A DNA stretch of 45,158 nucleotides. Origin: Octopus bimaculoides. Lineage: Eukaryota. The notes below the pieces were generated by a model. That model saw only the letters and a program-made list of their open reading frames with translations, was not told the origin of the DNA and made no database searches. Both the position numbers and the translations under genes were made by a program. The stretch is from NCBI RefSeq assembly GCF_001194135.2, contig NC_069007.1, positions 21,782,914 to 21,828,071 on the forward strand, in the 5' to 3' direction. Each line of letters starts with the position of its first letter. Within the stretch, counting starts at the first letter, position 1. Of this stretch, positions 21,117 to 35,337 are shown piece by piece.

Positions 21117-22092
21117 TTTGTTACATTGGCATAAGGCCAGGGATTTGGGGGAGAATGAGGTTATGAGGTTAGTTTATTGCAGTGATCCCCAGAATGTAAC
21201 TGGTACTTTTATTTTATTGGCCCAGGAAAGATGAAAGGCAAAGTTAACCTTGGCAGGATTTGAAACTGAGGACAAAAAGACCCAGGATGAATACAACTAA
21301 GAATTTGTCTGATACGCTAACAATTTTGCCAACCTATCATCCTAATGAAAACAATAACAATAACAATAATAATAATAATAACAGTTAAATTTAACAATGG
21401 CAGCAGAGGGCTAAGTTTTTTAGAGGGGAGGGGGCATGGGTCACAGTTGATGTAATTAATCCTAGGGTTTGACTAGGAATTTTAGATTTGGTCCCTCAGA
21501 AGACTGGCAGGTAAAGTTGACCCTGGTGGGACTTGAACCCCCCCCCCCAACAAAAAAAGGATGTAACTAAATGTTGCAAGGCAAGGATGATGATTTCAAT
21601 AAGAATCATATGAAGTGGTTGGCAAAACAGAATTAAATGTGCCCCCTTAGAAGGGGTCAAAATATAATGGCAGTTGTGGGATATGATCTCAAGGGGTTTG
21701 GTTGTTTTACCATTCCCCCTCACCATCATCACTAACAACAACAACAATGGTTTCAATTTTGGCACCAGGCCAACAGTTTTTGAGGGGAGGGGGTAAGTCG
21801 ATTACATCGACCCCAGTGTTCAGCTGGTACTTATCTTATCAACCCCAAAAGGATGAAAGGCAAAGTCTACCTTGGCAGAATTTGAACTCAGAATGTAAAT
21901 TAGAGATAAGGCTAGTAATTTGGTGAGAGGTGTGGCTAAGTCAGTTTCATTAACCCCAGTATGTGACTGGTATTTTATTTTATTTATCAACCTAGGCAGG
22001 ATTTGAACTTAGAACATTAAAGAGTTGTAACTAGACACGGATATATTGAAAAGCATTTAGTTCAATGCTCTAAGGATTCTGCCAATGCACCA
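20880..22092 (-). mobile_element. Head-to-tail array of 5 family B copies separated by (AAT)/(AAC)n
   Basis: copies at about 20880-21070, 21120-21345, 21380-21600, 21748-21905, 21930-22092, all in the same orientation. Confidence 0.75.
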
Positions 22093-23189
22093 AATATCTT
22101 AGAATAGGTGCTGGGCCATAGTTTAAAAGAAAAGGAGGAAGGGGAAAAAAACCATTGTTGTGATAGCATGTTTTTTCTGAGTCCTGATCCAAGAAGCAAT
22201 AACAGGATATCAAAATTAGGCCACAGATTTAGGTCAGCAAGGCATTATTGCCACAGCATCATCTCTTTCTTCTTGTAAAGAGTTATGGTATTTATAGAAA
22301 CCTTTAAATAACATACAAGAGCGTCTTTTTTTCTTTTTTCTTTTCCAGGCACTAAATTTTGTTTTGTTATGAAAAGTTGAAGGTTAAATCATCAAAGAAA
22401 CTGATCCCTTAGTATCTGACAGACCTGCATACGGATGTGTGTATACACACACACAAACACAAGGGGTTTTTATACACACACACACACACACACATATTTT
22501 GCTATTTCACTTAGGTACTGAGATACTAATAACCTGGTGTAGAACTCAATACAGGTATGCTTCAGAATGTGGTGTTATTTGAGTACAGAGTGGCACTTCA
22601 TGTTTGAGGCTCTGATGAAACTATAAGCTGATACTCAAGCACTCAGCTCTGAGTGCATTGCATCGTGTAGCAGAAACAGCTGTAAGCTAATGCAGTTCAT
22701 AAGATAATTGTCTATTCTTTTGTCATCTCAATTTCTCATATTATATATACATACATACTGCCCTTGGCGGGATGAATGTCAACTTCAATAGGATTTGAAC
22801 TCACGAATATGAGATACTGTAAAGTGTTTAATCTAACTGCACATTGTCTATAATAATCTTGTTCTGATAATAACAATAATGATGATAATAATAATAATGA
22901 TGGTGATGGTGATGATGACTTTTTTTTACCTTAGGCACAAATGCAAATTTTTAACAGGAAACAGTCCTAACAATTCACAAGATCCCTGCTATTTGTGAAA
23001 ACTTCTTTTATTGAGCCTGAAGGGACAAAAAGACACAACAACCAAACATTGGAGAAAAAGAGAGAGAGAGAGAGAGAGAGAGAGTAAAGCATTCAACAAG
23101 TTGTTCTACTTTATTTTGTCTTTCCTCTCTCTCACAACAACACTCACTTTGTCACACAAACACAACTTGCATTCTGTGTATAATAAGCG

Positions 23190-24125
23190 TAAATTGACTA
23201 GATTGGTCCCAGTCCTTGATCGGTAGATACTTCTCTATTTTATTGAAGGACAAAAGGCAAAGTCCACCTTGGCAGTATGTGAACTTGTTTAACGTAAAGG
23301 GACAATGTCACAGGTAGATTCTTGCCAAGATCAACATTTCACAGAATTTAGCCCTGGAGTCACTTAAATTAAATCCACAGGAGTTTTCTGCTCTGAGTTA
23401 TAGAAATATTGGTTTCAAATTTTGGCACAAAGCCACTAATTTGAGGGGAAGTGGTAAATTGATTACATTGACCCCAGTACACAACTGGTACTTATTTTAT
23501 CAACCCCTAAATGATGAAAGGTAAAGTCAACTTCAGTGGAATTTGAACTCAGAAAGTGAAGATGGATGAAATGCTGCTTAGCATTTTGCCTGGCGTGCTA
23601 ACGATTCTGCCAGCTGATCATTTCAGTTATGGAAATATTAAAAGTAACTTCCAGAAACTGTGACCAGAGCCATTCTGACCGACAGAATTTCAGGGTTCCA
23701 GATGGGGAGTACAGAGACCATCTTTTCTCAGACATGTCTAACAACGCTATTGTTCACAAATGTATATCAATAATAATAATCTTTTCTACTATAGGCACAA
23801 GGCCTGAAATTTTGGGGAGCAGGTGGATGGGGGGCTAGTTGACCCTAGTGTTCAATTGGTACTTATTTCATTGACCCTGAAAGGGTGAAAGACGAAGTCG
23901 ACCTCAGTGAAATTTGAACTCAGAACACAAAGACAGACAAAAAAAATCACTAAGTATTCTGGCCAGCATGCTAACGATTGTGCCAGCTGTCTTCTTAATC
24001 AAATAATAATAATAATGGCACAAAACCAGTGAAATTTTGGGGAAGTGGTTTTCTGAACTACGTCAAACCACAGTACTTGACTGGTGCTATTCTTGTCGAT
24101 TGTGAAGGGATGAAAAGGATTTGGA
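23190..24125 (-). mobile_element. Cluster of 4 family B copies
   Basis: copies at about 23190-23290, 23410-23618 (B2 tail), 23778-23996 (B1 tail), 24015-24125. Confidence 0.8.
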
Positions 24126-24477
24126 AAAAAAGGGAAAATTCCTAAAAAGCTATTAACATTTTCTTATCAGCTTTACTTAAATCTAATCTGGAGGGATTAA
24201 TGAAATATGAACTCAAACTACTTCTGTAGGATTTGATCTTCAACCGCCAAAGGAGGGGGCTAAATGAGACAGCATTTAGTCCACTGATCTACCTTTCTTT
24301 CTTTTTGGTTTCTCTCAACACATCACAGTTATGATGGGGTACTATCTTCATGCTTTTTTTAATTTTATTTTATTCATATTGTACTGATCTGTGGTACACA
24401 ATCTGACTCTTTGGTTACCTCATCTCAAGGAGTAAATACTGAAAAGATTTAACATCAATTTACACACACACACACGT

Positions 24478-24590
24478 TAGGCTTCCATACAGCTTTCAAC
24501 TAATATATTTCATCCTCAAGGCATTGATCAATGGGAGACTGGTTGAAGACACTTGCCCAAAAGTGTTGCACAGCAAGATCAAATGTGGAA
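24478..24590 (-). mobile_element. SINE family A, diverged fragment
   Basis: ggcttcca...caaggcattg...gaagacacttgcccaa matches the family A reverse complement. Confidence 0.6.
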
Positions 24591-26726
24591 CAAAGACAGG
24601 CAACAGAGATTTAAAGGTGAAGTTAATGACAGAAAGACATTAGTTTAAGTCAGGTTAATGACAGAGAAAGTGGGTTGGGGAAATGAGGTCAGGTCGCACC
24701 TAAATAAATTGTGCCCCTTGGAAGGAGAGAGGTAGGAGAAATAAACGAGAACTTCCTCAAAAATGAAAAAAAAACACCCCCTCAAAAGTAATTAAAAAAA
24801 ACCCAAAACAAACTGTTCCCTCCCTACCGATGACTTTTCCTAGTCTCTTGAAATGTGATCAGAGAACATATCATAATGTTGGAAATATGTGTATTATCTT
24901 ATGCAACATATGTGAAATATAGATGAAACAAGGTTGGCGTAATTTTGGTGAAGACATCACACCACAGAAGGGGAGAAATAAACAAGTAAACAAAATTATT
25001 GTAGTAAAGAATTAATTCAGCGTGGTACACAGTTTCATATTTTCAGTTTCCAATAAAAAATAAGAGTAATAAATCTGGAAAACTGGAAAAGACCCCACTT
25101 AAAAAAAAAAAAAAAAAGTATAACTATATTGTATTTTACCTTACACAACAAAGATCCTGTTACACTATGAATTGCTAAACAACCTATCCTACCCACTGGT
25201 GCTCAACCAGCTTAAAAGAAAAAGTGGGGAGGACACATTAAGAAATGTAATCTTAGGTAAACTTATAAAAATAAAGATAAACATAATGGTTATGACTGGA
25301 AGGATGCCTTTGGTCATAGGCCTGCTCAATCAGGATTAACCTAGGGTTTAACAACAACAACAACAACAACGAACCACCACCAACTCTATTTCATCTATAT
25401 AGTTAGTCACACATTGGCTAGACAACAACAACAACAACAACAATTATACTATTGAACAAGTATTGAGAAATTTCGGAAATTCTTTTGTACATACATAAGA
25501 AGCAAGAAAAAGCTGTATAGGGGCAAATTTGAAGGACCACTTGGCAGGAAGTTTTAGTTATATAAGGCAATTTATATTAAAGAATATTTTTAAAGTTTTG
25601 TTTTACACATTTTTTTTCTTCATATTATCATCCCCCCTCCTCCCCCCACCCAATCTTCTGTTGTATGTAAACGTTTGGTGTTAGTATCAAAATTATTATT
25701 ATCATTATTATTATTATTAATAGTTTAAAAAGTAAAACAAAACAGTAACAATTATGTGTATTAGAGTGTTATGATGAAAGAGGAATTACAGCTGAGAATG
25801 AAAGAATCAGGAAACGAACGCTCAGGGCATAAATTCAAATGGGTTGTGGTCAACCTTCTTTCTTTCTCCGTTTCTATTATTATTTTGGTATGTAACAAAT
25901 TTCGTATCATTTTTATCATTTACACCAAAGGACTTTAGAAACTTTGGGAGAATATAAAATAATTCGTTTTATGGACAAACTCAAAGCAGATAGAGCTATA
26001 AATAGTAGTGAGCAGCTTACGACTTCTACAATCCAAAGGGGTTTTTTTAAACCCAATATTTACACATTTATAGCTTTATCTACATCAGAGTTGCATTGAT
26101 AAAAACAAATTACTANNNNNNNNNNNNNNNNNNNNNNNNNNNNNNNNNNNNNNNNNNNNNNNNNNNNNNNNNNNNNNNNNNNNNNNNNNNNNNNNNNNNN
26201 NNNNNNNNNNNNNNNNNNNNNNNNNNNNNNNNNNNNNNNNNNNNNNNNNNNNNNNNNNNNNNNNNNNNNNNNNNNNNNNNNNNNNNNNNNNNNNNNNNNN
26301 NNNNNNNNNNNNNNNNNNNNNNNNNNNNNNNNNNNNNNNNNNNNNNNNNNNNNNNNNNNNNNNNNNNNNNNNNNNNNNNNNNNNNNNNNNNNNNNNNNNN
26401 NNNNNNNNNNNNNNNNNNNNNNNNNNNNNNNNNNNNNNNNNNNNNNNNNNNNNNNNNNNNNNNNNNNNNNNNNNNNNNNNNNNNNNNNAAAAAAAAAAAA
26501 AAAAAGTTTGTTCTTCATATTGAGAGGTGTATAAAATTTTGAGATAAATCCACATGAGAACAAAAAACAAAAACCGCCCACCCCCTACCCCCAAACATGT
26601 AGGTCGAAGAATTTTATGCTTTCTCTTTGATATTTCTTTAAAGTGAATATTATGCAAGACTGTCAACTGGGAACCAAGGGGTAGATTGGGACACCAAACT
26701 TTAAAGATAATAATAATAATAATAAT

Positions 26727-26944
26727 GGTTTCAAATTTTGGCACAGGGCCAGTAATTTCAGGGCAGGGGGTTAAGTCATTTACATCAACCCCAGCGATCA
26801 ACTGGTACTTGTTTTATCGACCCCGAAAGGGTGAAAGGTATAAAGTCGACCCCGGTGGAATTTGAACTTCAGAATGTAAAGCCAGACAAAATGCTGCTGA
26901 GCAGTTTGACCAATGTGCTAACGATTCTGCTAGTCCACTACCTT
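26727..26944 (-). mobile_element. SINE family B full length (B2 tail)
   Basis: ggtttcaaattttggcacagggcc...gctaacgattctgctagtccactacctt, with (AAT)n on both sides. Confidence 0.88.
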
Positions 26945-27204
26945 AATAATAATAATAATAATAATAGGGATGTATTAAAAAACCACCCACCCATCCTCAT
27001 TTAAAAAAGTCAGTATATTTTTTTGCGGCAAGATATTTTTTTTTTACCAAATACTCTAGAGCATCACAGTATCGCATCCAACATGACAATTATTATCGTT
27101 TTTAATATTATTATTACAAACAGTTTGATTTTTGTTTTGCGTTTTTTTTTTTTCCTCTTTTTGTCAAGTGTGAAAGTACAAATTCAAAACATCGCACTTG
27201 CTTA

Positions 27205-27362
27205 TCATCCATGTTTTAAAGAACCACATGTTAAAATATGTCTGTCAGGCTATCCATGTTTAAAAAAAAAATCAAACAAACAAGAACCACATGTTAAAAT
27301 GTCTGTAAAGCTATCCATGTTTAAAAGAACCACATGTTAAAATATCTGTCAAAGCTAACCAT
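27205..27362. repeat. Minisatellite, ~43 bp unit x3
   Basis: tatccatgtttaaaagaaccacatgttaaaatgtctgt repeated three times, with an A-rich expansion in the second copy. Confidence 0.85.
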
Positions 27363-27994
27363 ATCAAAAAAGCATACTTTTAACAATATTTTCCCAACTT
27401 GTACATTTGAATATCTTATAATATATATATATGTATATACGCACACATATATATGTATATATCTAAATATATGTAGATGTGAATATATACTTCTAACAAC
27501 TATAACAGTCATTGTAACAGACTATAAATGGTAGCATATGGAAAACCGGTCGAGCAGTAAATGCCTTAAACAAACTGAAGGGCAGGACTCCCCATACAAT
27601 TTGACCATCAAAGGCAGGAAGGGCCGGATTATATATTGTATTAGGCACAGTACTTTGGGCCTTTGCTAGTGTTGAATATACAAATTCCAAAGTAATTAGT
27701 TTATCATTGATAAGCTACAGTGGAGATGTATTTCAAAATATTGATAATTCCTCTAAATTTAGGGTTGAAATTTATACATTTGGTAAGGGTTAGGTTCTAC
27801 AAAGCAAAAAAAGGGTGCTGGGACAAGGGCTCTGGCATTCTCATCAAAATTTAACATTCTTAATAAGAATTAGTAAACAATATATTATATATTGATTCTT
27901 AAATTTGTTTCAGTATCAATTGGAAGTTGTCATTAATGGAACCTTGAAGCAATCACTAAGAGGTCAATCAAAGAATCAATAGATCCATCCTTAT

Positions 27995-28250
27995 GTATCA
28001 CTAGTTTGGGATAACAGGGTACACTCAAACAATGAACCAGATTGCACTCATCACATATTGATCTGTGATAACACGGGTCAGTGATTAGTCAAAGATTCTG
28101 CTTGGACTGCAAAAATGAACCCCAGTGACCAGATGCAATGCTAAGGACTTGGGGTTTCTAAATGAAACCCATTTTCTCCATATGTTCTGTTATTCATTTA
28201 ACTGGGTGCTTAATTGGAACTAAACACCCAGGATAAACGAAGAGAGACAT
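27995..28250. repeat. Dispersed ~270 bp repeat (family F), copy 2
   Basis: ttgatctgtgataacacgggt...aaagattctgcttggactgcaaaa...gataaacgaagagaga. Confidence 0.75.
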
Positions 28251-28419
28251 ATAATTTAGTTATCAACATTTTTATCAGTTTTAATTTTTTAACTACAAGT
28301 CTTTACACATCATGGCTTATCTGTGTATGCCTATGTGTGTGTCTATAATAATGTTATTTCACTCATTTTGGTCATCGGAGAGTGGCCATACTGGAGTACC
28401 GTGTTCAAAGGTATATAAT

Positions 28420-28520
28420 GGATTATAATGATCCTAATACATGAGTGGTACTTTGTCAACCTCAGAAAGATGGAAGGCAAAAATTGATCCAGGCAGTATT
28501 TGAAACTAGATCCTAAATAT
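28420..28520 (-). mobile_element. Family B degenerate fragment
   Basis: ggtactttgtcaacctcagaaagatggaaggcaaaa...ggcagtatttgaaact. Confidence 0.55.
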
Positions 28521-29269
28521 TACAAGGTAGTCTAGGAATTCTACTATTCACCATATCACGTAGGCATAGGTCATAAGATTTGCAGTATGGCATACCAACA
28601 TTCTTTTTGACCTGGCACATCTATACACACACACACACACACATGTATACTGTACATGTCTATGAAGTGTGTAGATACATGCTTGTATACACATGTGTAT
28701 AAATAGGCATGTGTTTTTGTATAAACATACATGCCCACACATGAATTTTTCTGATGTTCCTTGGACTAGGTAAAATGAAGTCATTAATTAATGAGCTGAA
28801 TAATTAACATAATTACTTTTTTATATAATTACCACTTAGAATTGATCACACATTCTTATTTGAACGGTGTGCAATATCAGGATTTCTCAATAATGGACCC
28901 AGTCTTCTCATGTACTAAATAAAAGGATCTGTATATTATACTGACTGTTGACAATTAAACACTAATATTTTAGGGAAGGGAGTTTGCAGAGAGAGGGGGG
29001 TGGTGTGAAAATTGTTCTTCTCAGAGTAGGATAAATGACCCTGTTGAGAAGACACTTGTAGGGGATGGGGGGGGGGGTTAGATGATGAGATGGTATGAGT
29101 TCAAGTGGAAGGACGAGGGCCTTAATTTGAAATGATATTCTGTGACAAATACTGTCCCATATAAACATACATTAAAAATAAAACAACTTTTCTCACAAGT
29201 AAAAATAAAAAGAAAATTAAATAAAATACTCAGAGTCCCTTTATTAAGGAGCCAGAAACAGTTTAATGG

Positions 29270-29350
29270 TATTACTGGTGTGACATGGCCAGTCACTGCG
29301 GGTATAGGCAGGATTGAACCCTGCTCCATAGCAGCAACAGAACACACCTT
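29270..29350 (-). mobile_element. Possible tRNA-derived SINE head fragment
   Basis: - strand contains B-box-like ggttcaatcc. Confidence 0.35.
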
Positions 29351-29661
29351 CCACTTGGTGTGATGTGGGATGACAGTATATAAAAAAAAGGGGGGATCAA
29401 AGATGTATATGATGAAATAGGGGTCAAGATTCTGCCTCCTTAAAGAAAGTAAGTCTTCATCTACTTACTTCTCAAGGAAAATATATCACAAGCTGTTTTG
29501 CTTCTCAGTAGAAATTTGTGAAAAAATTTGCACCAGGAATTAACAATCGGTTCATTTAATATTTCTTCTCTTGCAGTGGGGCTGGGGAAAAATATGTAAA
29601 ATATTTCATGTAAATAACAACAAAGTCCAGCAATAATAGATATATTCATTGATGTGTGTAT

Positions 29662-29724
<63 letters not shown>

Positions 29725-32700
29725 ATATATATAAAACCATTTCACAAATAGTACAAATATATCTGAAGCAGATTTGCTTTCTTGCTTGTCAGAAATGTCT
29801 GGATATCTCAGCAGAATGTAGCCAGAACCGGTTATTATTATTCAATACAACAAACCCCCTGCTCTCTTGGTAAAGGTATATAATGTATAATATTAATAGT
29901 AATAATAATAATCAGGGAATAAATAACCCCTGAATTATAACGGCCTAAGAACATTAAAATTTATGTACAATGTTCTGGTCTGGTAAAAAGCTTTTGATAT
30001 TTCAGTTTATATTATATTTCGTTATCATAATATGTAAGACACAGATTGATCTAGCAATATCTAGGTAACAACACACAATGCTACATCGTGGTTCATTCTC
30101 TCAGAATATATACAGAGAGATCCATGGATAGACAGACAGATGGATGGATGTCGAAGTAAATAAGAGACAGACACAGTTTGATTATTACACCCAACATGCA
30201 GCAGCAGGTAGATGGGATTGAGATCTGGTATCAGGTCAATACGTATTCCCACCCTCACTACTTCTCATCAGCCTCATTATCTTAATTATCATCATCATCA
30301 TCAGCAGCAGCAATATTACTCAATTTCTCTTTTTGGCATGGCTTGAACATGTTCCACAGGATTGGAATATTTACTTTCTTTGGATTTTCCCAAGAATTTC
30401 TGATTTTTTTTATCATTATTCTTTTTGTTTTTTTTTGAAGATAATGTTTTTATCAATTTTAGAAAACAGCAACGCACACAGAAGAGACAAAGAATCTCTC
30501 ATACACACACACATTTCAATTCATGCTCACATACACACATGAAGAATTTCTGTTGTGCAATGATTGTTTTTTCCCCATTTCTTCATGGGAAGGATAATTT
30601 ATGTTGGTGCAACGGATTCTGCAGTTGGTTAATTCATTTTCTGACTGAAAAACCCATCAACTGTAAAATATGAGAGTGAAATTGTGTATGTATGTATGTG
30701 TGTATTTATATGACCTGGAGTGGAGAGGGTACGTCATTGATGAGGTCACAAATGCCAATGAAAGGACTCTGACGAACCTAGTTAATTGGTTAAATGGTTT
30801 ACTAGTTAACTAATAATTATAATTGAAGTGAAACAACCAGTGCATGTGTTTATTATTAATATAATGACCTTCCCAAAGTACAACAAAATCTCTTTCAACA
30901 CATGAGTTCACATCAATAATCTTGTAAACAAACACAAAGTCATTAAATGATATATACACACATATATATATATATATATCATTTAATGTACACAGTATAA
31001 AGATATGAGCTACTAACAGTTTCTTGCTGTGGAAACATGTCTAGGCAGGTTTTGATAACACACCCTGAATCTCCAAGCAATTTCTTAGGCTCTGAGCACA
31101 CGGTCAGTTCTATTATTTGCCTACGAACATACATGTCCACACTTTCACCAAGACATCAGAATGAACCAGGTCAAAGATGTGTGGCACCAGCAACGTTCCA
31201 CGGTCAGTGGCTGCACTAGTAGCACATGCACCGGTGCCTCTACTTGTCTAGAATGTAGATGTATGAAGCACTTGTCTATGTATCAGGTAGTCAAATACGA
31301 TAAAGTCAGAAATAAGAACTGGAAAGAGGGGGGAAAAATTGTAATATGAAAATATACTTTTATAGGGAGTCAGTATAAGTATATACATGTACGTATATAA
31401 ATGTGTATGTATAAAGTTTATGAAAAAGGTAAAAACCATAACCTTCACCTATCTGTCTTAATCTTTTCTTCTTAGTAATTATTTTTATCCTTATCATCAT
31501 CACCATCATCATCATTATTATTATTATTATTATTATGCATCAAAATAATGTTCATTGTAGATATCTATTGTGTCCTATTTCTCTACAAATGGATATTCTG
31601 ACTTCAAGGAGTGTGTACATGCGTGTATGTTTGTAAATATATAATGAATAATATATGTGAGTGTGTGTATATATATAAAGTAAAAAAGAAAAGAAATTTT
31701 AAGCCCAAAGTATTGTATCCTATCTCTTAGTACGTGAGTGTATATGCTTAATGTTTATAGAAATATTATTTTTCTCATCAAATATTACAAAATCTATTAA
31801 AAAAAAAAAAAAAATTCAACACCCATTAAGTTAATGATAGGAAAGGTTTTAAGAAAAAAGAAAAAAAGTTGGGTGATACAATATTTCTTTTTTTCTTCTT
31901 TAAGAGTAAAGCGTAGACATGATTCTGAATACAGATCTCTTCATATACCAAGCGGCAATTCCACTGAAAGTCTTGTGTATGATGGAAATTTTAAACACAA
32001 ATGTAATATTGTAAGCAAGACCAGGCCTTTTACCTTGTAACTATATTTTAGAATGTAAGTGATAAACAACTAATTGCACAACAGAAGTTCTATGCAGAAT
32101 GGTAGAAGATCATGGGATCTGTCCAGGCATGGAGACTGGTGCAGATCAGTTGTTTAAACCACAGAAGTGAGACTTGGATATGGTACGGGTAACATATGCA
32201 GAACCGAGAGCAATTCAAACTTAGATACCTAGCACAAAGCTGCAGCATTTCATGTAAGGACAAGGTGCTTAACATAACTGTACGAGAATAGTGAAGTACA
32301 GAAGGGGTTAAAAATCACTTCTTGAAGGGCTTCGCTGAGGTGAGCAAGACACACTGTTTCAAAGGAAGACAACCAAATATCAAAAGCTAACTTTTATGGG
32401 CAGCATTCATAATGAAAAGTGCAGAAAGACATCTTGAAATCACATCCTCAGAATATAAGATGTTCCTGCTGAAGATTTGGAATGGTCAGCACTGATCTGG
32501 TCAGAGTGACAATCACAAGTGCAACACCAAAGCAGGGGAGGGGGGTTCAATGTTGCTGCAACAGACAGCCTCAAGAATGTCAGGCAACTGACTTTACCCA
32601 AATTCAAGATCTCCTCACAGATAGAAAATACATTTTTCCAGTCTTTTTGGCATTGACACTACTTATGGACAAGCCTGGCCATTGAGTTACAATGGCCTAG

Positions 32701-33956
32701 CCTATTGTCGTCATCATCATCATCATGACACATATGCATGTGTCTATATCTATACAAACACATACACACAAGTGATGTAGAATCAAACAAACAAATTTTT
32801 CATCAATGTGTGATATGAACCATCAATCGTTTCTGGTTTTTGTTTTGATTTCACAGAGAGTAGAAGGTAAAAGGGGGAGGGCAATAAATGACACAAATGG
32901 AACCAATCAACAGGTAGCAGAAATTGTGGATTGAGAGACGGAGGGTGGGGTGGAAGAAAAGAGAAAGGGGGTAAGTTTCAGGCAGCAAATAAAAATGTTG
33001 TTGTAACAATGGTGATGGGTAAATGTTAAAGAATTGGTTTTTGATCCAGTATTGATTGATAATCAATCACATCAGAAAACGGAAATTGAAAGGTAACAAG
33101 GGGGAAAAAAAAAAGACCAACAACAGCACTAGAGAAACAGTTTTACAGCAAACCTTCACCTGACTTACAAAATCCACGTTAACCGTTGGCTGTGTGAAAT
33201 GTTCATGTTCAATGTCTTTGTTAAGCATTCATATTCACCAACAGCCGTGCCCAGGTTTCTTCCTTCAACAAAGACTCACTTAACTTACAAGACAGCTTCA
33301 TAAATGATGTTTCTACAAGGCACAAAGGACCATACATCTGCAACCAAATTCAAGACTACTCACACACACACACATCATCTCCAGAAGAAGATATCAGTCT
33401 TGTTTCAAGTAACATTCTCAGACAATCTGGTCACAATATCTGCACCCCCAGTTTTCAAATCTGGGATACAAAGAATTTAGTTTCTTGTCCCAAAACACAA
33501 TGGAATATCAGAAACAGATTTTTTTAAAAAACATCTGAACCATGAATAGAAGCCTAATCCATACACCATTCACATTTCCCCCCACAAATCACACCTTCCT
33601 GTCCATGGAAACACACACACACACCTTCATCCTGGATTAAATTCTAAGATAAACGAAACAGATATTACAGAACAAGAAAACCTCAATGAAAGACGAATGT
33701 AATGCACTCTGGCTGGCAGCCCAGTTCAAGGTGTGCCGAGTCAGGTAAATCTCACAGAACGAGAAGAAATGGAAGAAAATGTATGAAATTTGATAATCAT
33801 GAATAACTATGCTTTTCAAAGATTTTTCTTTTGGAAATTCAGAAGAACTGTGAGGTACACCAAAAGAATAAGACATGCAAGAGCTTATACCCACCCTGCC
33901 ATGATCCTTGGACTTAGGGTACTCCTCTTTAACACTTCAAATTATAAGGAATTTTT

Positions 33957-33987
<31 letters not shown>

Positions 33988-34185
33988 GGGAGTGGGACAG
34001 ATTTTTAATAGTTAAAGCTTCTTTCATTCACAACATGATTTTTTATTGTTTTTTAAACGAGGTAGTTATTGTATCTAAAAGATAATCTAATTAGTTAGAT
34101 TTGATTAGTGTTTCTTAATTTCTGAAATCATCATCAAGATTTTCCTCAAAAGACATTAAACTAATTTGTGAAATGAATGTTTAAT

Positions 34186-34228
<43 letters not shown>

Positions 34229-35337
34229 ATTTTATGCAAAACAATGTAAACATTAACCATGGAACCTAAGGTAGTACCAGAAATCTACAAATAGTAATAC
34301 TTTTGGTTAAGATTGATCTGTTGTCTCATTAAGGCTGTTACTCAGTGTTTCATGTTAGTCGGCAGTCTTCACATGAACTGGAGAAATCTTTTTTATTTAA
34401 AAAGTCTACTTCAAATAACCACTATTCAACCCTAATTAAAGTTTCCTCTTGTTGCTAATCTAACGAGTCTCATTCTTTATGTATTCCCCTTCACAGTGAA
34501 GAGGAAAATATAAGAATTGAGAGAATTAACGAAGTAAAGCTTTAATTAGGAATGATTGACTGACTGAATAAATTCTGAGTAGCTCTTGGTTGTCCATCAC
34601 ACTTCATCCTTTTACTTGGTTCAGTGATGTTGTGGTCATCCTGGAGCACTGCAGCATGACAATGAGAAACCACTGAGTGACCATTTTGACTAATTAAAAC
34701 ATTTAATCTTTAATCAAGTTAGTGTCAGCACAATTAATGTAATAAATATTAAAAAAAAACAAAAAAACTAGCTAATGATAGTTATAATTATTCAGGCAAG
34801 TAGATGGAGGACAAATTTGGATAAGCTTCTGTCTAATTAGATCTCAGCAAGCACAGGCTTCATCATAGTTGCCGAAGCAATGAAGCATGAATTACTAACA
34901 TGTACAAAACCATACATCCAAGCAACCATAACAATCAGTCAAAAGATTTCGTTTCAATTATCTACTCATGCATTCCTTCAAATAGCATCGTTTATTGAAG
35001 ATGAGGTGAGAGGCTAGGTTATTACTGAGCAAATCATTACATTGCTATTCTATTTCAGAGGTGTGATGTTATTTTTCCTACATACAGCAGTGGTATAAAG
35101 GTTGAAGATTGGAAAGTTATGAAAAGAAAGCTTGTGGGGTTCATATCAACTTTAAAAAGTGTAAATAGTAAAAAAAAAAAAAAAAAAAAAAAAAAGCTAA
35201 AAAAACCCCAACAATTTAGTGTTTAAAAGAATAGAGTAGTAATAACAAAATAATTAAGATATAATTAATCGAATTATTAATAGTCCTATTATGAACAGCT
35301 CATCAAGTAATTAGTACTCTGTTCTTGAAGTGCAAAA

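Noticed and set aside
20880-24125. Regularly recurring motifs resembling a CRISPR array
   Set aside because: Eukaryotic context; the repeats are about 200-bp diverged SINE copies with microsatellite spacers, and there are no cas genes.
31030-31330. Strong minus-strand acceptor (ccctctttccag) before higher-complexity sequence; similar case at 33179-33340
   Set aside because: All frames hit stops early and there is no recognisable protein. They could be UTR exons, but this cannot be supported from sequence alone.
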